DNA from: Gonapodya sp. JEL0774
Taxonomy: Eukaryota
Reading direction: 5' to 3'
DNA length: 38,887 nt
Assembly: GCA_027604505.1 (NCBI GenBank)
Contig: JADIIX010000174.1
Coordinates: forward strand, 1-38,887
Shown here: positions 11,401 to 23,331 of the stretch, piece by piece
How positions within the stretch are numbered: the stretch's first letter is position 1
Layout: every line of letters begins with the position of its first letter
Position numbers and translations under genes: made by a program
The notes under the pieces: generated by a model
Database searches by the model: none
What the model was told of the DNA's origin: nothing
What the model saw: the letters and a program-made list of their open reading frames with translations, nothing else

Positions 11401-13744
11401 TTCTGCTTAAGTCAGATACTCTTCCGTGTTGTGAGCAGGTCGCGACATCAACTTGGACATCATGCGTGTGGAGGGTTACCGCAAATTCTGCAACAAGCTT
11501 TGGAACGCGGTCAAGTTCGCACTCATGAAGCTCGGCGACGATTACACTCCTCCAAAATATCGTGTGATCGCTGGTTCGACTCTTGCAGAGAAATGGATCT
11601 TGTCGAAGCTCAACACTGCGGTTCACAGCGTGAACAACAATCTGGACGCGATGAACTTCATGTCCACTACAGCCGCAATTTACAGTTTCTGGCTCTACGA
11701 GGTTTGTGATGTATACTTGGTGGGTCTCAAATTCGTTTCGGCTTCGGATCCTCTGTATTGCATGAATTTTAAACAACCGACCACGCGTGCAGGAGGTCAT
11801 CAAACCCATTCTTGATGGAAACGACTCCGATGAAACAACAAAGAAGTCTGTCCGAGATACTTTGTACACTGTCACTGAGGAGGGCTTAAAGCTATTGCAC
11901 CCATTCATGCCGTTCATTACTGAGGAGCTCTACCAGAGGCTACCTCGACGACCAGAAGATACCATCCCATCCATCATGTTGACCAAATTCCCTGAGGCGG
12001 TTCCACGATGGAGCAACCCTACTGCGGAAAAGGATTTCGGTGTGGTCAATGATGTTGTCCACGCTGTCCGCTCTTTGATGGCTGACTATCAAGTGAAGAC
12101 AAACGCCAAAAGTATGATTTGCTTACTCTCATCATTGTGCTCACTTGCTGATGTTTTAGAACGATCTCTAGTTTTTATTCTGACGGGCACTCGAGAGGCG
12201 AGGGACCTAATGCTTTCCCAAACGCCGGCCATTCAGACTCTTGCCCGAGGTGTAAGTTTCATTGATGTTCGGGATGATGAAAACCATCCTGTGGGATGCG
12301 CTCTCGTTACAGTTTCGGAGGCCATACATGTCCTTCTTCTGGTGAAGGTTGGTGTCGACTTTGATCGGATCTAACTCAATGAGATTATGATTTCCGGTAT
12401 TTTAAAACAAGGGTGTGGTAAACATCGACCAAGAGCTAAGTAAATTGAGGAAAGAAGCAACCCAAGGTCAGTTAGCGTGTGAATGTTTCACACTGTAATG
12501 TGGGAATGACCCTTCGCACTGTTCTCCTCCGCCACGCAGTGGCTGAATCGAAGGCGAAGTTTGAAAGAGACTTGGCACGTGTGCCCGATTATGAAACGAA
12601 GGTGCCGGCAAATGTTCGGGAGCAGAATGACGCCAAGCTGCGCGAGTTCGACGCGAAACTGAGAGGTATGCTGTGACAATTGATTGAAGTCATCAGTAAC
12701 TGAACACAACTGCAACATCGAGTCAGCTCTTGCCACTGCAGTTGAGACTTTTGAGAGGATTCGCGACGAACCCGAAGCGAACAGCACCCTTAAGACAAGC
12801 GTGACGTCACCAAATGAGTTCCCTGACTTACCTGGTCCAGCGGGATTGAAGGATTTGAACACGTTCCTCGAATCTCGTTCATACATTGAAGGGTGAGTGG
12901 GCTCATTTGATCATCACTCTACGAATTGAGACTACACTTAATTTCTCTTAAATCAAGATGGACACCCTCCCAAGCAGATGCTCGCATCTTTGCCAGGGTA
13001 GGGGAGAGTCCCAGCGAGTCGCACTATCCCCACGTGTGGCGATGGTATCAACACATTGCTTCTTTTGGTGATGCCAAATCACAGTACGTAAAATTGAAAG
13101 GACACACTAATGGATTTAAATGCGCTCACCATCACCCCATTAGGTTTGCCGCTGCAAACGGAAAGACTCTGGTTCCAACTATCGGTTCATCTGCTCCTGT
13201 AGCTCCTCAAGCAGCCCATGAGGACGAAGAGGAGGAGATTGATCTGTTCGGTGACGATGAGGTAGATGAGGAAGCGGAGAGAATCAAGGCGGAGAGGGTT
13301 AAGGAGTACGAGGCAAAGAAAGCCAAGAGTGGGTTGTTGCTTTCGTTTTGTACCAGCTGCGACTTTGCGACTGATTTTATCTCATTAGAAACTGTTGTAA
13401 TCGCAAAATCCTCCATCTTGTTGGATGTGAAACCATGGGATGATGAAACGGACATGACCACCTTAGAAGCAAATGTCCGGTCAATTGAAATTGATGGCCT
13501 TGTTTGGGGACAATCGAAACTCGTCCCGGTAGGGTATGGCATCAAGAAGCTCCAGATCTCATGTGTCGTGGAGGATGACAAGGTTGGCATGGATGATTTA
13601 TCGGATAGAATTCAAGCTGATGAGGACCACGTGCAAAGTGTAGACGTGAGTATTTGATGTTTATCTTGACAGGAGTCAAGGTCTGTGAACTAATACGCAC
13701 CTGTTTGCTTGTGGTGGAAGATTGCCGCGTTCAACAAAATCTAA
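8478..13744 (+). CDS. VAS1: Valyl-tRNA synthetase fused in frame to a C-terminal elongation factor 1-beta (EF1B-alpha); many short introns; possible CUG-initiated N-terminal extension from 8313
   Basis: [19 protein letters not shown] region [26 protein letters not shown]; editing domain [11 protein letters not shown] and [43 protein letters not shown]; anticodon-binding domain; coiled coil ending [24 protein letters not shown]. No stop before the EF1B part. Confidence 0.9.
12819..13744 (+). CDS. EFB1: EF1B-alpha (EF-1-beta) portion of the fusion: GST-C-like N-domain, acidic linker, GEF domain
   Basis: [32 protein letters not shown]...[43 protein letters not shown]...[21 protein letters not shown]...VQSVD|IAAFNKI*. 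Introns 12893-12957, 13084-13143, 13329-13388 and 13646-13720. Confidence 0.93.
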
Positions 13745-13952
13745 ACAACGAATCTTGTTTTGTTGAATGTAAATGAACAGCTACTGTATATTTTGAACCC
13801 AACTCTCATCTGGTGTTGGCCCCATTCATGCATGCCAGTCGTATGTGAAATCCAATTGTAAGATTGAGTGGCTGGTGACTTTTCATCACCTGCAACCAAC
13901 CAGTTATCGAGAACACTTGCTAGAAAAGCCCACTCTCGGCCCACTGTTTTCA

Positions 13953-14494
13953 ATGTCCCAGCCGGCAGACACCCCTCCAGAGTCATATGATTCTGTTGAT
14001 GCAATTGACAGACACGTTCGAGCCTTGCAGCAGGAGCTAGAGGAAAAGCTGGTTCATCTCGAAGTGGATGCCGACGGAGGAATCGACTGGAGTCAGCTCG
14101 GTGAGCACCTGGTTTTCCTGACAATCATAGTTTCATTGTTGACAGTTTTTGGTAACGGGTTTATGACATTGTTGATTCGATCGCGGCGGGGGACCGATTT
14201 TGCGGGATGCAACCTTACAACCGCCATGGGAGGAAAGACTTGAAAACCGATATTGCTTCTCTCTTGCAAGTAATGGATCGTACTAATCGAGCGTTGGATG
14301 CGGTGGAAGCGCGGGCTGATAATTTGAACTCGAAGCTGGACGCAATTCTGCAATCTGCAGAGGCGGAGAAGCAGGTCATGGAACAGAGCAAACGAGAAGA
14401 GGAGGAAAGACGAAAAAGGGAGAGTGGAGCGGCACCTGCAGAGGCGCCACCAGTCACTCCGAGTTCGAAACTTTCGGAACCCCTCTCCCAGTGA
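13953..14494 (+). CDS. Small coiled-coil protein, UPF0184 (C9orf16/bublin)-like; two exons
   Basis: MSQPADTPPESYD...IDWSQL, intron 14101-14237, then DLKTDIASLLQVMDRTNRALDAVEARADNLNSKLDAILQS, which resembles the UPF0184 core by recall. Confidence 0.55.
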
Positions 14495-14948
14495 TTATAC
14501 TTTGAATGGGAATTCTGTATGTTTGCATGTTATGAGGGTACATTTTAACTGAGTATCCGTTGTGAAGAACTGCATATTGTTGTAAAGTACATACATGGTG
14601 TCACTGTTGAGAAGAACGCCCAGAACGCATTGCCATCACCTTCGCTTGATCCCCACTCCAGGAATTCCGATCCCAGGAAGAAATTGTGTCTTCGTGCAAT
14701 CATCAAAGGATTTCTCGGGAAACCGATCGCGAGCACTGAACCTTGACTCATTGTCTTTGATGGTTCAGGACGGCGACACTTGAAGTCATTGGAAACCCGC
14801 CACCCAAAGATTGAGCAGGATTCACACCAGAGGAATCAGGTGAGTGTGAAAATGCTGCATCTGTTCACGTCCAGTCAAAAATCACATGACTGTCATCACC
14901 GCAGTTAATTTCCCTTATCCTCTGCCTCTTGCACCGAACGAGAGATCC

Positions 14949-17900
14949 ATGTCGCGGTATCTTTTGGCCCGAACATGCTAAGCTCCAGTAACAAGTTCAA
15001 CCAACAACGTCCAAATACCCAGGCACCGATCGGAAAGTCTTCGGACTCTGCAATCATGTTTCCCTCCTCATCCAACAACCCGCGTGCTGCTTACTTTGGG
15101 GTTTCTTCTGCCCTGGATGGAAGCTCTCATGTGGCTACCTCCACGAAAGGACCGGCCTCGAGTTACTTCTCTGAAACGTCTACTCTTTCTCTCAAGGCTA
15201 CAGCCAACTCCAGCACTGCCTTGAAAGATGGTAATCGTGAGTAGTTTCTTTGGTGCTTTTGCGCTTGTGTTAGTGTGATTGGAAGGAGTTGAAGCACAAT
15301 GAGCAAGGCAGAGAGGTATTGACATGGAAACGCAGCTGTGTTTGGAGAATTTGACCTTGGACGGCCCAGCGCTCTTTGCTGCACTTCCCTGGGCCGAAAG
15401 CCTCCTACCTCCATTCAAACCGCGAATAGATTTTAATCCATAATGCCTCCATGCTAATGAACGGTTCCCACTCCCTTCCTCGCCCAATACACGCGCACTC
15501 GGTGACGTTGCTTACAATAAGTGTCCCACTCGGCGCGTGAGCCCTGGTCGAAGCTGCAACCTGCGGAATCTCAACATATCTCCGTTGGGCCATCGCGTTC
15601 AAGCTCTTCGAACAACCCCACCCCATTCACCTCGCAACCCACCTTCTCCAATCCGCAGCTCAGTCAGGTGCTGTCGTCGTTGCTTGTAATTGATTGTTCA
15701 GTTTTTGAGCTAGTTTTCTTCATAGGTGCTGCAGAACCCCAGTACATCGAAGAGCTCCATGTCCATCGCCGAGCAAGAAAGCGTGCTCATCGAAGATCTC
15801 CTCTACGTTCTGACTGTAAGACAATCTCTTAACAGCGCGCACTGCGTTTATTGGGCTTAAGTGGGACGCTCTGTTTCAGGGTATCGACGGCGTTTACATT
15901 TTATCGGATCGAGCAACTCAACCCTCAGCTTTGAATGGACAGATGACTGGTTGGAAGTCTCGATTTCCTCCACAAGGTTTATCTTACTCTATTGATACTG
16001 ATATTGGTGGGTCTGCGTTGTTCAAACGCTTGTGTTTGCCCTTGCTCCACGTTTGACCTTAGATGCCAGAGGTCTCCCTCTCAAGTCTCGCACAGCGTAT
16101 CATTCCTTTAGCAACACACTACACCACCGTCCAAAGCTACATTGACTCGCACTCAGAGTACTTGTATGGGAGGGTGTGTCAAGCTATTGCTGCGGCGATG
16201 CGGGGTCTTCTCAAAGTAGGTGGTTTGGTACCATTATCCGCGCCACATAGAATAGATCGTTCAATGGCCGCAAACCTCGCAATGTCTGTCCCTTTTACTA
16301 CTCCGTTTCAGGAATACTTCGTCCTTGTCGCGCAGCTCGAGCGACAGTTCCGGGGTGACCCTTCATTTTCGCTCCAGCAGCTATGGTACCATGTCAGCCC
16401 CACCATGGCCACCATGAAAAGCCTTGCGGCGCTTGCAGAAGCTTTACGAGAAGCGGAAAAGCCTCTTCCGCCGGCTCCGGGGGAGGTTAGGGCGTGGGGC
16501 GAGAAGGAACCGTTAAGGCTAGGTGGGGTGCTTTTGACTTTGTTGGTGCAGAGAATGAACAAGCTGGGAGGGTGAGTGGTCGATAGCGTCATAAATTCAT
16601 TCGGGCTTATGTGTGTCAACTCACGATTCCAGTGATACTTCCACTCGAACGCTCTACATTCACCTGCTTCGATGTGCTGCCATCCCTTTCTTTGACATCC
16701 TCCGTAATTGGATTCACCGAGGTGATTTGGTTGATCAATGCAATGAATTTATGATACAAGAGAATCGGAAACACACCAAGGCCAACCTCCGTAACGACAT
16801 ATTGGACGCTTACTGGAGTCAGCGATATGTCCTTCGGGATGGTGCTGTGCCTCCATTTCTAGAGAAGTGGGCAGACAGGATTCTTACGGCGGGTAAGTAT
16901 TGGAACGTGATAAAGGAGTGTGGAGGTGATCCAGAGAAGGACGGTCGGATCGCTTTAGAGCGATATCGCGATGGAGAGGGTGTGACGGTAGACTCAAGCC
17001 CTGGAGATGACCTTTTGCGGGCTATTGGTGCGACGAGGTTCGTTTTCAATCCAATTGCTGTCCGTTTCACCTCGAATGAACTTTCGTTTTGGTATTGTTT
17101 AATAACTTTTTCATAAGCATTGTGGAGGAGATTGAGACTGCATATCTTTCCGCGAACCGTCTCCTTCTTGCTCGGCTGATGAATGAGGAGCATTTGGTTG
17201 ACAGGATTCGGTTCGTCATCCCAACCATTAAAATTTCGTAAAACCCTATCTCTCACCTTAAATCCTAGTAGATCGATCAAACGATTCTTTCTTCTCGACC
17301 AATCCGATTTTATCACCCACTTTTTTGACCTCGCTTCCACGGAACTTGCCAAATCCGCAGCCGAAGTTTCGGTTTCCCGCCTGCAGAACCTTTTTGACCT
17401 CGCTGTTCGAAATCCGGCGGGTGTCGGCTCCAATGACCCTTACCGAGATGATCTGAAGGTGGAGATGAGCAGGACGACGCTTGTCGATATGGTTTTACGG
17501 ATCAGCATGATTCAGGGAGAAACACTAGGATTGGATCGAGAGAAGCAGATGGAACGCATAAAGCAAAATGCGTGGGGAAGTATTGAACCCGTCCACCGGG
17601 CTGTTCTTACTGGTGCGTCTTTTGTTTGGTCACTTTCCCTCTTCCGACTAAGCTTTTTCCGAAACGATCTAGGATTGGACGCCTTCAACCTTACTCTCAC
17701 CACGAACTTTCCTGTGACGTTGGTTCTGAACCTGAGAGCGCTCACCATGTATCAGCTACTCTTTAGGCATCTAATGATCTGCAAACACGTTGAGCGATCT
17801 CTTAGCACCCTGTGGTCCGAGCAGATCTCGGAGAAATCAAAACTGTGGGGCTTGCGACAACGCTCAGTCGATCCCACATCAGATCTTGCATCTTTTTCTG

Positions 17901-18658
17901 CTCGGCCAGAGAGTGCAGTCTCTAATTCAGAGAAGGCAGATCAAGTGTTCGAGACACGCATGTACACTTTGCGGGCGCAGATGCTCGATCTCATTCGGCA
18001 GGTTCTTTATTACGTGTGCTTCGAAGTCGTTGAACCAAATTGGCGGGACATGGAAGCAAATCTTCTGAGGGTACGTATGGGTGATTCCGGCTTGTGCGTC
18101 AACCTCAACACGGAGTCACTGGCTGCTTGTCCTCAGGCGAAAACTGTGGATGAACTTCTTAAGAAACATGAAGACTTTCTAGAGACATGCTTGAAAGAAT
18201 CCATGCTGACTCAAGAGTCTCTATTGAAGGTAATTTCTCGAATTCAGCGACCATGGTTTGGTAGCCAATATTGCTTTATTACTGTCCGATAGATATTTAA
18301 CAAGCTCACCGTGACCGCGCTCTATTTCTGCAACTTCGCTGACTGGCATAACCGAAATCGGCGACAGTACAACACGCTTTCTGGAGATGCTGGGGTGGCC
18401 CCAGCCTTTTCTTTTCCTGAGTTCCTGCTCCCTCCCTCATCCCCGAGTCTTGCTAGGAGCCTTGCCCTGTCTTCGTCGTATTCTAAAGTCAATACTTTGG
18501 ACAAGTTTGAGACCACGTTTGCTGGTACCGCTCAGTTACTGATTGATGCGCTGCGATTCTTCGCATCCACTGAAACTGCGCGACTGGGAGGTCTTGCGAG
18601 TCGCATGGACTATAACCAGTTTTACTCCCGCGGTGCTCCGTCTAGTTCCACGTACTAG
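14949..18658 (+). CDS. SPC97: Gamma-tubulin complex component 2 (GCP2/Spc97); spliced; start uncertain (14949 or 14975)
   Basis: EQESVLIEDLLYVLT|GIDGVYI; RIIPLATHY; YGRVCQAIAAAMR; SLQQLWYHV; YWSQRY; ILTAGKYWNVIKECG; SIKRFFLLDQSDF; YQLLFRHL; HEDFLETCLKESML; RMDYNQFY (GRIP1/GRIP2 domains). Confidence 0.9.
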
Positions 18659-18792
18659 CCTAGTACACTCAAATTTGTATATAGAAGCAGAGTTCTTGAG
18701 CGAGTTCCAATGAAGACTTGTTTAAGCAACGTTACACAGTTCATCCCTTACATAATTACAGCCAAAACTAACAAAACGCGGTTATCATTCGA

Positions 18793-19718
18793 ATGAACGG
18801 TGAAGAAGCAACTATACCGACACTCAAGTTTGTTTTGCTTGGCGATGGAGCAACGGGAAAGACTCAGATTGCGCGGCGTTTCTGCTCGTTGCCCTTTGAT
18901 GCCATTCACCACCACACGAAAGGATTGGACTTTTTCCACAAGAAATTGACCTTTCCTGGTAGGATTCGAATGAATTATGGAATCTAAATTCTATCTGTGT
19001 GACCAGTCGCCCACCACGGCGAACCCTCTCGTAGACGGTGTGTCTGCGTGGATTGAAGTCTGGGACGCCAGTGGAGAGGCTCTTTCGTCAAGATATTCTC
19101 CTAATCTCATAGCAGAGGCAGACGCACTCCTCCTGGTGTACGATGTGACGCACTTCGGATCTTTCCAGAGCATGGACGAATGGCTTCGTCTAGTGAATCG
19201 CGTATACGGATGTACAGAAGGGTCATCAAGAGGGGTTCGAAATCCGCGTCTGCCGTATCTTGCAGTCATTGCGAATAAGAGTAAGAATGAGTCGTCCAAG
19301 GCGGCAATATCATATCGCACCAATGATTCCTCCTGTCCCTAGTGGACTTGATGCATATGCAAACAGTGAAGCAGGAGAAACATGACAATTTCGTGCAGTC
19401 GAATTGCATCAGAGGTTTCGCACTATCAGCCAAAGTTGGCGACTCAGCTTCGAGCCTGCTCACTCGAATCACTGGTGAACTGCTCGGAGTGTTCAATGAA
19501 ACGTCAATAGATTTGAGTTTCTCCACTGTGAGTGTACAATAACTGCTGCGATTCGTGACGCAGCGGCTCGCATTCAAATATGTGATGTTCAGTATGTTAA
19601 CTCTACTTCTCCTACGTAGTGACAGATTAGGGTGAATTTGTTTGCCAACCGTTCCCATACGTTCGTGTTGTAGTAGTCCGAAGTTCGCAGAAATTTGTAC
19701 AGAATTGAGAAGAATTGA
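18793..19718 (+). CDS. RAB28: Rab28-like small GTPase; spliced; 3' end uncertain (about 19673-19718)
   Basis: LKFVLLGDGATGKT; TKGLDFFHKKLTFP; WDASGE; LLLVYDVT...SFQSMDEW; NK|MDLMHMQTVKQEKH; SAKVGDS; ITGELLG. These match Rab28 signatures. Confidence 0.8.
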
Positions 19719-19786
19719 GAGGATCGTGTGAGAACAAGAACAATTGTTGACCATCTACTGCCCACCAACAGAACCGAGCCTGCGTG

Positions 19787-20491
19787 ATGGTTTACATTGA
19801 CACATGGGAAGATTTTCAGCGAGCGGTAGAGGCACTATATCAATCAGCTCCGAACAGGGTGAGTCTGGTGGTTAGCGATGATGGATTGCGAAGTGAGTCC
19901 CCAATGTCGCGTACTCAATCCCGCTCACACCACAGGCCCGTTATGTAGCCAAGTATCGCCACTTGGAGCCGGAACTTATTCTCAAAGTAACGGATGGACC
20001 AACAGTGAGGAATAATGAATGGTTCTTCTACATATTTCCAAACTGAAAGGTCCTATTTTCCAAACGATGGTAACAAACACCGGCGTCCATTATCTTTCCG
20101 ACGTCTAAACCATCCATTGACTCGGATAGGCCGTTAAATTTCGAACGGATCGATTGCAGGGTGGGTTTTCTACACAGCGCTCAGTTTAAGTTCGCGGACT
20201 AAAAGACCTTCCATTCCTCTAATGGCAGACGTCAAGAAATTCGAAAAACTCAATCGCTCGCTCATGTCTCTAATGCAAAATAGGAAAGAGAGGACAGTCG
20301 GAGGTGTTGAAGGGGCACTGGAAGGTGGAATCAGAAGTATTCCTCTGTTAGAACCATGGGAGGTTCTAATTGTTCTCAACTTTTGACACCGTCATTCAGG
20401 TTCCTCGTCTTCTGCTCTGAAAGGTACCAGAAAGGTAGCAGCGCCAGCCGCGTCTCCGAGAGTAAAGGCTGGCAAGAGGAAGGGGCGATGA
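19787..20491 (+). CDS. SRP9: Signal recognition particle subunit SRP9/Srp21; five short exons
   Basis: Assembled by eye: MVYIDTWEDFQRAVEALYQSAPNR|ARYVAKYRHLEPELILKVTDGPT|AVKFRTDRLQ|DVKKFEKLNRSLMSLMQ...|...KAGKRKGR*. The exons are too short to appear in the ORF track. Confidence 0.88.
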
Positions 20492-20649
20492 CAATTGTTG
20501 TCCTCACATTGTTGGATACGTACTCATTACATCATTTTAATAATCACTCTCTTGCATTGAAAATTATTTGAGTACGGGTTATGGTGTGGTGTAAAAGTGG
20601 TGCATGCAAGGGGGTGACCAGTTGTCCGTCGAACTAACAATCAATCGCG

Positions 20650-22149
20650 ATGCTGGACGCAAAGGCCATCGCCAGAAAGCAATCGGGTGGATTCGCTATT
20701 GCAGAGATAATGAAACCCACGCGGGGCCTGCGGTGAGCTTCTGACTTCATCGCGACACCACCGTGGTGGGAGCGCCAGTCCCATAATCCCAAATCACCGA
20801 ATCATTATCAGGGACGAGATTATCAAGCGGGGTGGGAAGCCTAAAGATCACGGTAGAGAGAACAAGAAGCGATTGAAAGCGCTGGAGGAACTGAACCGGC
20901 AGAAGAGAGAGGTTGGTCACAGCGTTACAGACAAGAGATTTGACCGATAAGCGCAACCAAATGAAGCAGCATCAATATCGGTGAACGGTAGGAGGAAGCT
21001 AAGCCCCCGTCCCCGATGTGGAAGATGAAGCAGTTCGAGCAAGTGCCAGCGAAGGTTGATACGAGGGTGGGTTGCACCAACAACCTGCGTGTAGCGATCA
21101 CTACTTTTCCCAAGTACATGCACTACCCTTTGCATTGAAATCCCAGTCTAATTCTGGTTCGAAGACGCCGTCAGAAGCGTCACTAAGTCGGTCAGATTCC
21201 AACGACGCTGTGCACGAATCCGAACTCGCCGCCGCGTTAGCACAAATGCAGCTGAATGGTGGCATTTCACCTCGCTCGAAGGTGAGCATGTCAGAGAAGC
21301 CATCCTCCTTGCGCAGATGTTCTGAAAAGTCGGGTATCCTCAAAGCCCGCGAACTTCATACAACGCAACGTACACAAAAGCGAGTCCACGCCATTGCGGG
21401 TATGCCTCTCCTTTTTGAATTGTTGGATTCACACTTTATTGTGAACACATGACGGATTGACAGGTGGCTGAACCGAAACCGAGTCGCGAAGTGCCGCGGA
21501 CAACGAGGGTGGGTGAGATTCCTCAATAGTAAGTTAACAGCAGTACGCTATTTTTGTCTTCTGATGTGGCTTGATGTGGTTTGCTAATCACCTGGATGTT
21601 AAGCTTGGTGAATCGAAAGGTTGAGTGGGCGGACAAGGAACAACAGAGGATAGCTGCCCTGAAGCCCGAGTGAGTCTCTCGTCCCTATATTCCGAAACAT
21701 GGCAGAGAATTAATTATTGTCCGTGATGTGCCTCCAGTGCACCGCCAGGTGAGAGATAAGATTTTAGGCTTCATCGAAGCACTGGTGTAGAACTCCTTAA
21801 ACATTTACTTTCCTCTACTCATAGGAATGGTTCGAGTTAGTGAAGACGAGAAACAAGAAACGCTGCGATTTCTGAAGCAAAGTAAGTATGTCGTGCATAC
21901 GAACGATGAACGAGTGTTCACTTTTTCGCAGGTCAAGCCGAGCTGCTCGATGAGTTGACAAAAATGCCCATCGCGGTAACATCTATGAGTATCAAGAAAA
22001 GGAAGAAGGAGATCGACGACCGTTTGGCTGAAATTGAGGTGTGTTGGGTTGAGTGTTGGGTTGAAACATTGAGTTCCGAGCTTTTCCCCGTCTATTTCCA
22101 GAAAGGGATCCAGGTGTTTTCGCAACGAGTTGTGTATACGAAGAAATGA
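20650..22149 (+). CDS. ENKD1: Enkurin-domain protein (ENKD1-like); many short exons
   Basis: GGKPKDHGRENKKRLK; PMWKMKQFEQVPAKVDTR; C-terminal enkurin domain GEIPQ|YLVNRKVEW...PPG|MVRVSEDEKQETL...ELTKMPI...RKKEIDDRLAEIE|KGIQVFSQRVVY. Confidence 0.75.
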
Positions 22150-22229
22150 ATTTCAATTGTAAATTTCCAGTTCTAGTCATATCCTGAGATTGTTTCAAAT
22201 GCATCGTCCTTCTCATTCCTTGGCGTGCG

Positions 22230-23331
22230 TCATTCTACTACGTCCATTTCATCTTCTTTCATCTCCTGCTGCTCTCGTTGGGTATTTGCGAAATGTTTGG
22301 CTTGACGGCGGAGGTCTTTGTTCTCTTTCAAATTAGCTTTCCGAATAAGTTTTCGGCAGCCACTTTGGGGGCACTAGAGAGATTGCGAGCGTTTGACGAA
22401 GATTTAGATATACTTCAAACAAGCCTTTAAGTGTGTGGTACCTCGATCTCTCCGGCACGTTTATCTTCTGCCTGTTCAAACAGTTCCTCGATGGCGGCTT
22501 TCTCAAAAGAGTGGCCACACTCCTTTGCCGTCATTGGAATCTTGAATATCTGTCGCGTTATGGGACATATTGGTTTCCGGGTGACCGCTTCCAGAACAAG
22601 TTCGGCGTTCTCATCTGCAGGTTCGGCAAACGGATGAGGTCCGTTTTTGTTCACTTCCCACACACTGGTCTTGAAACTCTGATATTTCGGGTGGTTGTGG
22701 TACTTCTCAACATCTGATCGGCTTCCATAGTCTTGCATCTTTCTTTGGAGCTGAGTCTCATACTCCTCGGTAAGACTTGCAATCTCTTTGTTTCCCACCA
22801 GGTCACGACCCATTTCTTCGATGAGAGTATGTCACTCGCCGTGTGTGCATAGGGCAGAAGGGCAATGACAATTCATACCTCGCAGGACTTCCCTCTGTAT
22901 AAGCAACTCATTCTCCATGTCAATAAATCGCTTCAAGCTCTTTTCAATGCTTGCGACCTATGAGGGAGATAAAACTACAATATTCGTCATGCAAAGGGTT
23001 TCGATGGGATTTGATAAACTAACCTGTTCGGAGTCACCACTCTCCTCCATATCGACGGCCAATTCGATAGAGCTCTGCCAGATAGCACAGTAGAATTAAT
23101 TTAGAAAAAGTGCGGTAGCGAATGTGTAAAGTTTTAGGTGATAGTGACCAGCATCGCCGAGTTAATGTTCTCGAGTGGTGCATCAAAAGACGATTTGCTT
23201 CCAACTTGACCAAGTTTCCCTGAAAGCTTTGACCTATTACACAAGTGCATGACTTGGTTTGATGGCGACCACCGTACCGGTGAGTTGTTCGATCTTCCCG
23301 GCAATTCTGTGTCGAAATGAAGGGAAGGCAT
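22230..23331 (-). CDS. NSE2: Smc5/6 SUMO E3 ligase Nse2/Mms21 (SP-RING); spliced; start approximate
   Basis: KYHNHPKYQSFKTSVWEV; CPITRQIFKIPMTAKECGHSFEKAAI...|CPQSGCRKLI (zf-Nse SP-RING). TGA at 22230-22232. Confidence 0.85.

Noticed and set aside
12926..13657. 243-aa ORF taken as a stand-alone EF1B gene
   Set aside because: It starts at a TTG inside intron 12893-12957 and reads through two stop-free 60-nt introns. The true N-terminal exon lies upstream, contiguous with ValRS.
14957..14988. GTATCTTTT donor resembling a U12 5' splice site
   Set aside because: It mismatches GTATCCTT, lacks a TCCTTAAC branch site and the intron would be only 32 nt. If real, it is more likely a short U2 intron.
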